From: an uncultured bacterium
GTDB taxonomy: Bacteria; RBG-13-66-14; B26-G2; WVWN01
Direction: 5' to 3'
Assembly (NCBI GenBank): GCA_965602215.1
Contig: CBFCYS010000036.1
Coordinates: 1-18,908 of the forward strand
Length of the DNA stretch: 18,908 bases
Shown: piece by piece, positions 1 through 7,950 of the stretch
How positions within the stretch are numbered: the first letter of the stretch is position 1
Layout: each line of letters opens with the position of its first letter
Translations under genes and position numbers: made by a program
Notes under the pieces: model-generated
What the model saw: only the letters and a program-made list of their open reading frames with translations
Told to the model about the DNA's origin: nothing
Databases searched by the model: none

Positions 1-60
1 CAACTTGGCGGAGGCGAGGCGCAGCTCCGCCGCGCCACGCCTCAATACGTCAACGATGAC

Positions 61-2091
61 TTATTGCTTGCTCCCGGGCGGCTTGCGGGCCGGCGTCGCC
101 TCGGGACGCGCTATCTTGGGCTTCTTCGCTCCGGCCGCTTTGGCCGCTTCGGCCGCGCCGGGGATGTTCTTCAAATAACCCATCAGCGTCGCGGCCAGGC
201 CGCCCATCGAACCCTCGCCGCCGACGACGAGCGTGTCCGGCATGAACGGGACCTTGCCCTGCGACACCGCGTTCGCGATGTTGACGAGGGCCGTTTCCGT
301 CCGGCCGAGCGCTTCCACCTGGGCCTGATACCCGCGCGCCTTGGCGAGGCCGACGGCCTCCACCTCGGCCCCCTGCGCGGTCCCGGTCCGCCGGATGTAT
401 TCGGCTTCGCCGTCGCCCTCGGCCTTGCGGGCCTTCGCGTCGTTGGTCTTGATGTCGATCCCGACGGTGGCGCGGGCGAGCTCGGCCTGCATGTCGGCCG
501 TCCCCTTGGCTTGCTCGGTCTTGACGCGCTGGCGCTGCGCCGCCTCCTGCTTTTCGTACGTCGCGACCTCCTGGTTGGCTATTTCGCGTTCGGTCAGCAC
601 CCGCACCATGGCCGCGGGGAGCTCGACGTTCTGGATGTAAACGCCGTACGTCTCGACCTCGTACAGGTTGAGCTGCGCCTTGATGTGTTCGAACGCGTCT
701 TCCTGCACCTGCTGGCGCGTTTCGATGAAGACGATCGCGGGCATGGATTGGAGCTTGTCGCGGAAGTGGTTGCCGACCGCGGCCTGCAGAACCTCCGTAA
801 CCAGGTTTTTCATCGTGCCCACCATCGAGATTACCCGCGGCGCCTGGGTGTCCGGGACGTGGATCTGGACCTGGAGGTCGAGCGTGAAGACGAAGCCCTC
901 GTTACTTTTGGCGACGATCGGCTCGAGGTGTTTGTCGTACGAGTGGGCGGTCGACACGACCTCCGCCCAGTTGAGCGTGAGGATCGCCGTGGGGACGATC
1001 TCGGCCTGGTAGATGCGGGGGTTGAGGGCGTATTTGCCGGTGCGGAGCGAGTCGTGCCACAGGCCCCGGCGCCCGGGCCGGACGAGCGAACCGAATTTAA
1101 ATGCCTCGCCGGAAGTGTCCTCGGTCGAAAGGCCGACGTACGCTTTTATGACGGCGACCTCGCCCTGGTCCACGACGAGCATGGGCATGATCTCGACGCT
1201 GATTAGGAACGGGTTGAAGTTGTACGCCCCGTACCGCAGCACGTCGTGCTGGAGGCCCATCTTCCCGCCGCGTTCGAGGAAGGTTTGGAAGTCCTGGTAG
1301 TTGTCGTGGAGCTCGTTCCGGTCGCCCAGCAGCGCGTCGATGAGGCCGGCGTCGCTCTCCCCGGCCTTCTCCATTTCCAGGATGTCGTCGAAGCCGCCGA
1401 GCCGGCTCGCGATATGGCCGGAGGCCAGCGGGTCCCCCTCCAGCGTCGTCACGACGCCGACCGTGTCGATCATCTCGCCCTCCGCGCTCGGGTGGGGCTC
1501 GATCCTCACGACGTCGAGCTGTTCCGCGTCGAGGCCGAAGGCCCCGGGCAGGAGCACTCCCTGGTCGGCCTCTTTTGCGAGGTCGGCGTCTACCGGCCGG
1601 CCGTATACCCGGTCCTTGGTTATCACCAGGAACGCGATGGGGTGAATGGGCAGCGTGGCGCCCGAGCGGAGCACGGGCCGCTGGATCCCCTTCCGGCCCC
1701 CTTTTGTTACGAACGTGTCTAGGTCGGTGAAGTCGCCAAACTCTTTTTTATACTCAGCCGTCTTGGCGCCGAGGGGGAGCGGCGCGCCGATCTGCGCGTA
1801 CACGACGCCGACCTGGCCCGCGGGAACCTGCACCCAGGGAAATTTCTCGACGCGAAATGCTATCCACAGCTTGAAGCGGAAACCGGGCATGAGCAGTTCG
1901 GCCTGATACCCGGCCTCGCCGCCGAAACCGACCGCGTTGTCCTGGGACAGCTTTTTACCGAACCGCTTGGTGACCAGGCCGACCTCCGTAGGGCCAATCT
2001 TCTTGATCGAGGGGAGGATGAAAACCACCACGAACAAGATACTGAAGACCAGGCCGGAAAGAATTACCGTCGTCGCAACTAACGTCTCCAT
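61..2091 (-). CDS. Flotillin-like SPFH/band-7 protein. It has an N-terminal TM helix, an SPFH domain, a coiled-coil flotillin region with EA repeats, and a basic C-terminal tail.
   Basis: The 676-aa ORF starts with ATG at 2091-2089, with a GAGAGGAG RBS upstream. The N-terminus is hydrophobic (LVATTVILSGLVFSILFVVVFIL). Central SPFH-like blocks are followed by an Ala/Glu/Gln/Arg-rich coiled coil (EAEYIRRTGTAQGAEVEAVGLAKARGYQAQVEALG), which is typical of YqiK/FloA-type bacterial flotillins. Confidence 0.8.
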   Translation of the reverse strand: METLVATTVILSGLVFSILFVVVFILPSIKKIGPTEVGLVTKRFGKKLSQDNAVGFGGEAGYQAELLMPGFRFKLWIAFRVEKFPWVQVPAGQVGVVYAQIGAPLPLGAKTAEYKKEFGDFTDLDTFVTKGGRKGIQRPVLRSGATLPIHPIAFLVITKDRVYGRPVDADLAKEADQGVLLPGAFGLDAEQLDVVRIEPHPSAEGEMIDTVGVVTTLEGDPLASGHIASRLGGFDDILEMEKAGESDAGLIDALLGDRNELHDNYQDFQTFLERGGKMGLQHDVLRYGAYNFNPFLISVEIMPMLVVDQGEVAVIKAYVGLSTEDTSGEAFKFGSLVRPGRRGLWHDSLRTGKYALNPRIYQAEIVPTAILTLNWAEVVSTAHSYDKHLEPIVAKSNEGFVFTLDLQVQIHVPDTQAPRVISMVGTMKNLVTEVLQAAVGNHFRDKLQSMPAIVFIETRQQVQEDAFEHIKAQLNLYEVETYGVYIQNVELPAAMVRVLTEREIANQEVATYEKQEAAQRQRVKTEQAKGTADMQAELARATVGIDIKTNDAKARKAEGDGEAEYIRRTGTAQGAEVEAVGLAKARGYQAQVEALGRTETALVNIANAVSQGKVPFMPDTLVVGGEGSMGGLAATLMGYLKNIPGAAEAAKAAGAKKPKIARPEATPARKPPGSKQ

Positions 2092-2195
2092 AACGCTCCT
2101 CTCGTCTAATTAATTCCAGCCGGCATAGCCGCAAGCTCCGGCCGCAGTTTCGTATGTGCTCCCTCGGTTAATCGGGGTCTTATCTTAACTTATTT

Positions 2196-3542
2196 TTACT
2201 TCCCAATACAGAACCGACTGAATATCTCGCCGTAGATCTCCTCGACGTCGATGGCGCCGACGATGCGGCCCAACGCCTCCGACGCCAGCCGCAGCTCCTC
2301 CGCGCCCAGCTCCTCGATGCCGCTCGAGGCGAGGTGCTCCCCGGCGCGGCAGAGGGAGGCCGCGGCCTCCTCCAACAAGCGGCGTTCGCGAGCAGAGAGC
2401 GACAGCTTCCCCGGCCCCTCCTCGCCGGCGTCGCGCGCGGTCGCGCGGCGGACCAGCTCCGCCACGACCTTGTCGACGCCGCGGCCCGTCCTGGCCGATA
2501 TCGTGAAGCGGCCCTTCCGCGCCAGCGCCTGCGGCCACCCCGCCGCCAGCGGGAGGTCGCATTTGTTCACGACGTGGACGAGCTTGTCCGCGGCGACCAT
2601 CGGTTGCTTGCGCGGCGGCGGCCTTGAGCCGTCGTCCAGCCATAGCACGTACGCCGCCTCCTCCACGTACGCCCGGGCGCGCCGAATGCCCTCCTGCTCG
2701 ACTTCGCCGCCGCCCTTCGCGTCCAGGCCCGCGCCGTCGGAGAGGCGGAAGAGGACGCCGCCGGCGATGTACGGCGCGTCGATGCGGTCGGTGGTCGTGC
2801 CGGCCTTGGCCGTCACGATCGCGCGCTCCTCGCCCAGCAGGCGGTTGAAGAGGGTGGACTTGCCGACGTTGCGGCGGCCTGCGATGGCGACGGTGAGCCC
2901 CGCCACCAGCGCGGCGCGGTCCCGGCTCGAGGCCACAAGCTCCCGCGCGCCGGCCTCCGCCGCGGCGACCGTCGTCAGGACCTTTTCGCCCGAGACGTCC
3001 TGCTCGAACTCCAGCGCGGCCTCGACCAGCGCCCGGGCGGAGAGCACGCGCTCGCGCACGGCGTTGATTTTATCGGATAGCTCGCCCGCCAGGCGGCGGA
3101 GGGCGTCGGCTCGAGCCTCGGCGGTGCGCGCGTCGGCCAGGTCCGCCACCGCCTGCGCGGCGGTCAGCTCGAGCTTGTCGTTGCCGACGGCGCGCCAGGT
3201 GAACTCGCCCGGCTCGGCGGCGCGGGCGCCGGCGGCGTACAGCGCCTCCAGCGCGGCCTCCAGTACGGCCGGGCCGGCGTGGGTGGTGAGTTCGGCCATG
3301 TCTTCGCCGGTGTAGGAGTTGGGCGCGGCGTAGAGGACGAGGACGGCGCGGTCGACGACGTCGCCGCTCGGGGCGTGGACGAGTTCGCCGACGCGGGCGA
3401 CGCGGGGGGCGGCGGTCGCCCGGGCGCGGAAGACCTTATCGGCTATCGCGCGGGTGGCGGGGCCGCTGACGCGTATGACGGCCAGCGCGCCCCGGCCGGG
3501 GGGCGTCGCCACGGCGGCTATGGTGTCGCCGTCTCGAAACAC
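2196..3542 (-). CDS. mnmE: tRNA modification GTPase MnmE (TrmE)
   Basis: The ORF starts with GTG at 3542-3540. The N-terminal motif DTIAAVATPPGRGALAVIRVSGP is present. The G-domain P-loop is GRRNVGKSTLFNRL. The MnmE-diagnostic C-terminus ...FCIGK is present. It lies in the canonical position after jag. Confidence 0.9.
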   Translation of the reverse strand: MFRDGDTIAAVATPPGRGALAVIRVSGPATRAIADKVFRARATAAPRVARVGELVHAPSGDVVDRAVLVLYAAPNSYTGEDMAELTTHAGPAVLEAALEALYAAGARAAEPGEFTWRAVGNDKLELTAAQAVADLADARTAEARADALRRLAGELSDKINAVRERVLSARALVEAALEFEQDVSGEKVLTTVAAAEAGARELVASSRDRAALVAGLTVAIAGRRNVGKSTLFNRLLGEERAIVTAKAGTTTDRIDAPYIAGGVLFRLSDGAGLDAKGGGEVEQEGIRRARAYVEEAAYVLWLDDGSRPPPRKQPMVAADKLVHVVNKCDLPLAAGWPQALARKGRFTISARTGRGVDKVVAELVRRATARDAGEEGPGKLSLSARERRLLEEAAASLCRAGEHLASSGIEELGAEELRLASEALGRIVGAIDVEEIYGEIFSRFCIGK

Positions 3543-3574
3543 TTATGGGCTCGTTTCTTTCAAGGGAGACAGAT

Positions 3575-3596
3575 ATCCCGCCGTTGCCGGCGGGAT
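3575..3596 (-). promoter_or_regulatory. Perfect 9-bp inverted repeat (atcccgccg-ttgc-cggcgggat) in the jag-mnmE intergenic spacer
   Basis: It is seen directly in the sequence. It lies 33 nt upstream of the mnmE GTG within an 85-nt spacer in an otherwise tightly packed operon. In the sense direction it is not followed by a strong U-tract. Confidence 0.4.
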
Positions 3597-3627
3597 ACGA
3601 TTTTAAATAATATCAGCTCGCCGGCCG

Positions 3628-4437
3628 TTAGGAGGGCGGCTGGTTTTTTTCCGGGCCGCCGCTCTTGGGCTTGCGGCGGCGGCGGCGGCGCGGGCTCTTG
3701 GAGGGCGGCTTGCCGGCCTTTTCGGCTTCGGACTTCTGGGCGCGCGGCTTACTCGGGGGTCGGGCGCGGCGTTCGCCCTTGGGCTTGCCGGCGGCCTCGG
3801 GCGGCCGTTTGCGCCTGGTCGCGGCGGGGTGGACGACGACGTGGCGCTTGTTGCCGTTGCCCGCGCTCTCGGTCACGACGCGGTCATCGCGCTCGAGCGT
3901 CATGTGGACCGTACGCCGGTCGCGGGGCGTCATGGGGGCGAGCGCCTCCTCCTTACGGTGCAAGACCACCCGGTCGGCGGTAACGCGCGCCAGCCGCCGC
4001 AGCTCCTCTTCGCGCGAGAGCTTGTCCTCGGCGAACGTGGCCTTGACGGCGATTTTATTCTTGGCCCGGCGGTTTATGATGAGCTCGAGGACGTGGGCCA
4101 GCGCGTCGGCGACGTCTTCTTCTTTCTGGAACTGGCGCAGTTCGTGGCCCGCGAGCTCGATGTGGACGCCGTGCTTGTGCATCTCGACGCGGGCTTCGAC
4201 CGGCACCGGCAAGAAGGACACGATGCGGTTAATAATTTCCGCGGTATCCTCGAGGACGTTCTCCTCCACGAGGGTAACGCGGACCGTGACGCGCTTGAAA
4301 CCCAAAAAGCCCAGTATGCCGCGCGGCTCTTCGCGTATTACCTCGACCTTAACGTCGTCCACGTCGGCGCCCAGGAGCTCGAGGGCCCGCCGCGTCGCGT
4401 CCACGCGCGAATTCCCTTCCACTTCGACGGTACGCAT
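3628..4437 (-). CDS. khpB: Jag/KhpB (EloR) RNA-binding protein with a Jag_N domain and KH and R3H domains, plus an unusual roughly 65-aa Lys/Arg/Pro-rich C-terminal tail
   Basis: The N-terminus (MRTVEVEGNSRVDATRRALELLGADVDDVKVEVI) is Jag_N-like. The C-terminal R3H-like block is RRTVHMTLERDDRVVTESAGNGNKRHVVVHP. The ATG at 4437 lies 3 nt after the yidC stop, and a GGAGG RBS sits inside the yidC 3' end. The tail reads ...PSKSPRRRRRRKPKSGGPEKNQPPS. Confidence 0.8.
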   Translation of the reverse strand: MRTVEVEGNSRVDATRRALELLGADVDDVKVEVIREEPRGILGFLGFKRVTVRVTLVEENVLEDTAEIINRIVSFLPVPVEARVEMHKHGVHIELAGHELRQFQKEEDVADALAHVLELIINRRAKNKIAVKATFAEDKLSREEELRRLARVTADRVVLHRKEEALAPMTPRDRRTVHMTLERDDRVVTESAGNGNKRHVVVHPAATRRKRPPEAAGKPKGERRARPPSKPRAQKSEAEKAGKPPSKSPRRRRRRKPKSGGPEKNQPPS

Positions 4438-4440
4438 TTA

Positions 4441-6147
4441 TTAGTTGGCCTCCAGCGGCCGCATTGACTTCCGCATTAAAAGCATCTGACCCATTGTGAA
4501 CAGCTGGTTGGTGGTCCAATAGAGCACGAGCCCCGACGGCCAATTGTAGAAGAGCAGGGTGAAGACGACCGGCAGCCACGCCATGAGTTTCTGCTGCTCG
4601 GACTTGACGCCGCCCTTGCCCGGCATGGTGAACTTGTTCTGCACGACCCAGGCGATGCCCATTATTATGGGCAGAATGTTGACGGTGCCGATGTTGACCA
4701 GCGGGATGGTGAACGGCAGATCGAACAGGACGTCGGGTTGAGAGAGGTCGCTAATCCAGAAGAGGAACGGCGCCCCCTTGAGCTCGATGGCGTTGCGCAG
4801 GGCGTTGAACATCCCCCAGAAGATGGGTATTTGGAGCAGGAGGGGGAGGCAGCCGCCGAACGGGCTTATTTTGTACTTCTTGTACAGCGCCATCGTCTCG
4901 GTGTTCATGCGCTGCGAGTCGCCCTTGTATTGCTCGCGGAGCTGCTTGAGGACGGGCTGGATCTCCTGCATCCGCTGCGAGGATTTCAGCTGGATCGCGG
5001 TGGGCCAATAAGTTAGCAATTTGATAATAAAGGAGAATATGATTATGGTCACGCCGTAGTTGTGGACGACGCCGTTGAGGAGGATTATCAGGCGGAGCAT
5101 CAGCGCGGCGATGACGCCGATGATGGACCAGCCGAGGTCCACCGTTCGCTCCAGGCCGACCTTGAATTCTTTCAGGCGGTCGTACCCCTTGGGGCCGAAA
5201 TAGATCTTGTAGTCGCCGCCGTGCTTGAGGACGTACGTGCCGGCGATGGTGTCGTTCTTGGCGCGCGTCACCGTCAGCTCCCCGCCCTGGGGAGCGACGG
5301 CGGCGATGATGAAGTACTTGCTGCGCAGGGCGGCCCACGGGATGTCGCCGCGGTAGTTTTTGACCTCGTCCTTGCCTGAGAGCTTGTCGTGGATTTTCTT
5401 GGTATCGACCAGCGCGTCGACCGATATTTCGCCCACTTCTTTGGGGTCTTCCTCGGCCTTGACGAACGAGCCCGTCGACAGCGTTACCGGTTTGTCCTCC
5501 TCGCCGGCGACGACGTTAGCGGCCACTTCGTAGTCGTCGCCGCGGAAGACGTACTCGGCGCGGGCGGCCACCCGCTCGCCGTCCACCAGTTTGAATACGA
5601 GCTTGCCGGTCTTGCCGGCGCTTAAGTTCAGCGTCGTGCGGTCGACCTCCCACCGCGCGTTCTCGCTCGCTTCGACCAGCGGCGCGTACGGCGGCGCCCC
5701 GGCCTCGTCGAGGCGGGCGAACAGGAGTTGATCCTCGTCGGGGGGATATTGGGCGAGTTCCAGACGGGCGAGGCCGCCGTCCTCGAAGGTCGCGACGTAC
5801 AACGGCGTCGTTACGACGGCGCGGGCGCCGGTCTTGACGCGTGCGGGTACCTTGGCGGGCGCCGCGGGGGTGGGCTTCTCCGTCGTAGCCGGGGTCGCGG
5901 CGGTTTCGGCGACGGCCGTCCCGGCGCTCGTCTCGGGCGCGCTCGTCTCGGGCGCAGTCGTCTCGGGGGTGACGGTCCCGGGGGCGACCGTTTCCGGCGG
6001 TGCTTTCGCGACGGTCTCGGCCGTGGCCGGTTGTTCGGGCGCTTCCTTTTTATCTTTCTTGGGGCCGAAGAAGGTGGAGTAAGCGAACATCACCGCCGCG
6101 GCAACGAAGAGCGCCAGGATCATGCGTTGTTGGCCCGAAAGTTTCAT
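4441..6147 (-). CDS. yidC: Membrane protein insertase YidC, with a Pro/Glu/Thr-rich repetitive linker after the first TM helix
   Basis: The N-terminal TM is MILALFVAAAVMFAY. The periplasmic domain precedes the conserved C-terminal 5-TM core with the YidC signature ...IPIFWGMFNALRNAIELKGAPFLFWISDLSQPD. The ATG at 6147 has a GAGGAAG RBS. Confidence 0.9.
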   Translation of the reverse strand: MKLSGQQRMILALFVAAAVMFAYSTFFGPKKDKKEAPEQPATAETVAKAPPETVAPGTVTPETTAPETSAPETSAGTAVAETAATPATTEKPTPAAPAKVPARVKTGARAVVTTPLYVATFEDGGLARLELAQYPPDEDQLLFARLDEAGAPPYAPLVEASENARWEVDRTTLNLSAGKTGKLVFKLVDGERVAARAEYVFRGDDYEVAANVVAGEEDKPVTLSTGSFVKAEEDPKEVGEISVDALVDTKKIHDKLSGKDEVKNYRGDIPWAALRSKYFIIAAVAPQGGELTVTRAKNDTIAGTYVLKHGGDYKIYFGPKGYDRLKEFKVGLERTVDLGWSIIGVIAALMLRLIILLNGVVHNYGVTIIIFSFIIKLLTYWPTAIQLKSSQRMQEIQPVLKQLREQYKGDSQRMNTETMALYKKYKISPFGGCLPLLLQIPIFWGMFNALRNAIELKGAPFLFWISDLSQPDVLFDLPFTIPLVNIGTVNILPIIMGIAWVVQNKFTMPGKGGVKSEQQKLMAWLPVVFTLLFYNWPSGLVLYWTTNQLFTMGQMLLMRKSMRPLEAN

Positions 6148-6165
6148 ATTCTTCCTCGGCTCGAG

Positions 6166-6408
6166 CTACGGCACCGGGTCGTAGCCGCCGGCGTTGAGGG
6201 GGTTGCAGCGGATTATACGCAGCGCCGCCAGCGCGGACCCGCGCCACGGCCCGTGCTTGCGGACGGCCTCCAGCGCGTACCTCGAGCACGACGGTTCAAA
6301 GCGGCAGCTCATCGGCATCAGCGGCCCCAGCGTAAACCGGTAGGTGCGGACGAAGGCGACGATTAGCGCCTGCGCGGCCGCGTCAATCGCTCTCTTTAGC
6401 TTTTCCAT
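6166..6408 (-). CDS. yidD: Membrane protein insertion efficiency factor YidD
   Basis: The 80-aa protein carries the conserved YidD motifs CRFEPSCSRYALEA ... RCNPLNAGGYDPVP. It overlaps the 3' end of rnpA, which is the usual arrangement. Confidence 0.85.
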   Translation of the reverse strand: MEKLKRAIDAAAQALIVAFVRTYRFTLGPLMPMSCRFEPSCSRYALEAVRKHGPWRGSALAALRIIRCNPLNAGGYDPVP

Positions 6409-6772
6409 ATTTGCCGCGGGTCAGCTCCGCCAGCGCCGCGACGACGTCTTTCTCCAGCGTCTTGAAATTTCGGTCGGATATCGGCGGCTTCGCCACCGCG
6501 ACGAACCAGAAGCCGTCCCGAAAGAGTTCCGGGTGGGTCCGGAAGATATCGCGGAGGCGCCGCTTCGCGCGGTTCCGCACCACCGCTTTCCCCACGCGCC
6601 GGCCGCATACTACGCCCAGCAACCTCCCCTCGCCCGAAACGGGAAGGCAGTGGATGACGAACGCATCCCCGGCGACGGTCCGGCCGTCGCGGATGGTGCG
6701 CGCGAAGTCCCGGCGGCGCCGCATACGCACGGCCCGCGGGAAGCGGAAGTCTCGTTCGTCGTTACCGGCCAA
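6383..6772 (-). CDS. rnpA: Ribonuclease P protein component RnpA. The start is uncertain: candidates are TTG 6772, GTG 6730 and ATG 6724.
   Basis: The basic motif RFPRAVRMRRRRDFARTIRDGRTV...VGKAVVRNRAKRRLRD matches the RnpA RNR/KRR signature. The ORF-track start at 7027 would run through rpmH and is rejected. The true start must lie after the rpmH stop at 6780. Confidence 0.75.
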   Translation of the reverse strand: MAGNDERDFRFPRAVRMRRRRDFARTIRDGRTVAGDAFVIHCLPVSGEGRLLGVVCGRRVGKAVVRNRAKRRLRDIFRTHPELFRDGFWFVAVAKPPISDRNFKTLEKDVVAALAELTRGKYGKAKESD

Positions 6773-6779
6773 GGCAGCG

Positions 6780-6917
6780 TCATACCGTAAGGCGTTTGCG
6801 CCCCTTCGCCCGGCGGCGGCGCATAACGCGACGGCCGCCCGGCTTGGCCATGCGGCTCCGGAAGCCGTGAACGCGGCCGCGGCGGCGCCGCGACGGTTGA
6901 TAAGTCCTCTTGGGCAA
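6780..6917 (-). CDS. rpmH: 50S ribosomal protein L34 (not in the ORF track; found by manual translation)
   Basis: The minus-strand reading starts with TTG at 6917-6915, 9 nt downstream of a perfect AAAGGAGG RBS. It translates to [45 protein letters not shown], ending with TGA at 6782-6780. This is the canonical L34 sequence and length. It sits immediately upstream of rnpA, as expected. Confidence 0.85.
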   Translation of the reverse strand: MPKRTYQPSRRRRGRVHGFRSRMAKPGGRRVMRRRRAKGRKRLTV

Positions 6918-6945
6918 GCTTTACCTCCTTTTCGAACCGGCCTCG

Positions 6946-7950
6946 TTAGCTCAAAACCGCGTCTGCGGCGCGAATGACGTCGGCCGGCGAAAGGTCCACC
7001 ATACAACGGAAATGTTTCTCCGGACATTTGCGGCCGCCGTGAGCGCCGCAGGGCCGGCAGGGCAAACCCGCAACCTCGGCCACCGCCGACCGGCCGGCCA
7101 GCGGCGCGAACCCCTGCGCCGGGACCGTCGCGCCGAACACCGCCACGGTGGGCGTGTCGAACGCCGAGGCGACGTGCACCGGCGCGCTGTCGTTGGACAC
7201 CAGCAGCGCCGCTTCCGCCACGAGCGCGGCCAGCTCGCGCGCGGTCGTCTTCGCCGCCAGGTTGACGGCCGGCGCATCCATGGCCGCGGCCATCGCGGCC
7301 GCCTCGTCGCCTTCGCCCGGGCCCCCCGTTATTACGACGCCGTAGCCGCGCGCCGCCAGGTGGTCCGCCACCGCGGCGAACCCCTCGGCCGTCCAGCGCT
7401 TCGTGGGCCAGGCCGACGACGGCGATATAACGACGTACGGCTCGGCACCCGCGGCCTTGCGCGCCGCTTCCCGCTCGTCGTCGCCGAGGGCCAGCGTCGG
7501 CCGGGGGTCCGCGTCGCGGCTCCCCATCGCCTCCGCCAACGCCAGTATCCGCTCCGCTTCGTGCCGCTCGGGCGGCCTGGGGACGCGCTCCGTATACAAC
7601 AGCGACAGCGCGTTCTCGCGGTAGCCCACGCGCCGCGGCGCGCCCGACGTCCAGGCTATCACGCTCGAGCGCGCGGAGCGATGCGGCGACACGACGACGT
7701 CGAACTCCCTCGCGCGCACCTCTTTTATTGCCCTCCCCAGTTCGCCCGGGCCGCCGGCCCGTTTATCGTGCACTATTATTTCGTCCAACTCCGGCAGGCG
7801 CTCCAGAATGGGAGCCGTCTCCGGTATCACCAGCGCCGCCAGGTGCGAGCCGGGCCACATTCTATTTAAAGCCCGGAACAGCGGCGTCGTCAGTACGACG
7901 TCGCCCAGGAACGCCGTTTGGATGACGAGCACCCGGGGCCCGTCCTTCAC
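6946..7950 (-). CDS. Glycosyltransferase family 9 (ADP-heptose:LPS heptosyltransferase-like, WaaC/WaaF family)
   Basis: The GT9 hallmark N-terminus RVLVIQTAFLGDVVLTTPLFRAL and the C-terminal motifs LVSNDSAPVHVASAFDTPTVAVFG are present. The start is placed at GTG 7950-7948. This forms a GTGA overlap with the TGA stop (7949-7947) of the upstream paralog, which suggests translational coupling. The longer ORF-track start at 8154 would overlap the upstream gene by 200 nt and carries a non-GT9 N-terminal extension. Confidence 0.75.
   Translation of the reverse strand: MKDGPRVLVIQTAFLGDVVLTTPLFRALNRMWPGSHLAALVIPETAPILERLPELDEIIVHDKRAGGPGELGRAIKEVRAREFDVVVSPHRSARSSVIAWTSGAPRRVGYRENALSLLYTERVPRPPERHEAERILALAEAMGSRDADPRPTLALGDDEREAARKAAGAEPYVVISPSSAWPTKRWTAEGFAAVADHLAARGYGVVITGGPGEGDEAAAMAAAMDAPAVNLAAKTTARELAALVAEAALLVSNDSAPVHVASAFDTPTVAVFGATVPAQGFAPLAGRSAVAEVAGLPCRPCGAHGGRKCPEKHFRCMVDLSPADVIRAADAVLS

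Noticed and set aside
1-60. Possible start of another minus-strand gene immediately downstream of the flotillin gene
   Set aside because: Only 60 nt are available. The frame is open but no start codon or RBS context can be evaluated.
64-1206. Plus-strand ORFs overlapping the minus-strand housekeeping genes, such as 64-1206, 2251-3315, 3665-4444, 5728-6366, 6910-7869, 7918-8982 and 9183-9758
   Set aside because: These are shadow ORFs in high-GC DNA. Their translations are repetitive R/A/G/P-rich with no motifs, whereas the opposite strand encodes well-recognised proteins.
6918-6945. oriC or DnaA boxes near rpmH
   Set aside because: No TTATCCACA-like 9-mers were seen around the rpmH upstream region or elsewhere in the non-coding stretches. 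The intergenic space here is only 28 nt.
6383-7027. Extended 214-aa version of rnpA from the ORF track
   Set aside because: It would read through rpmH in a different frame. RnpA homology begins only at around FRFPRAVRMRRRRDF, so the start was moved to 6772 or later.
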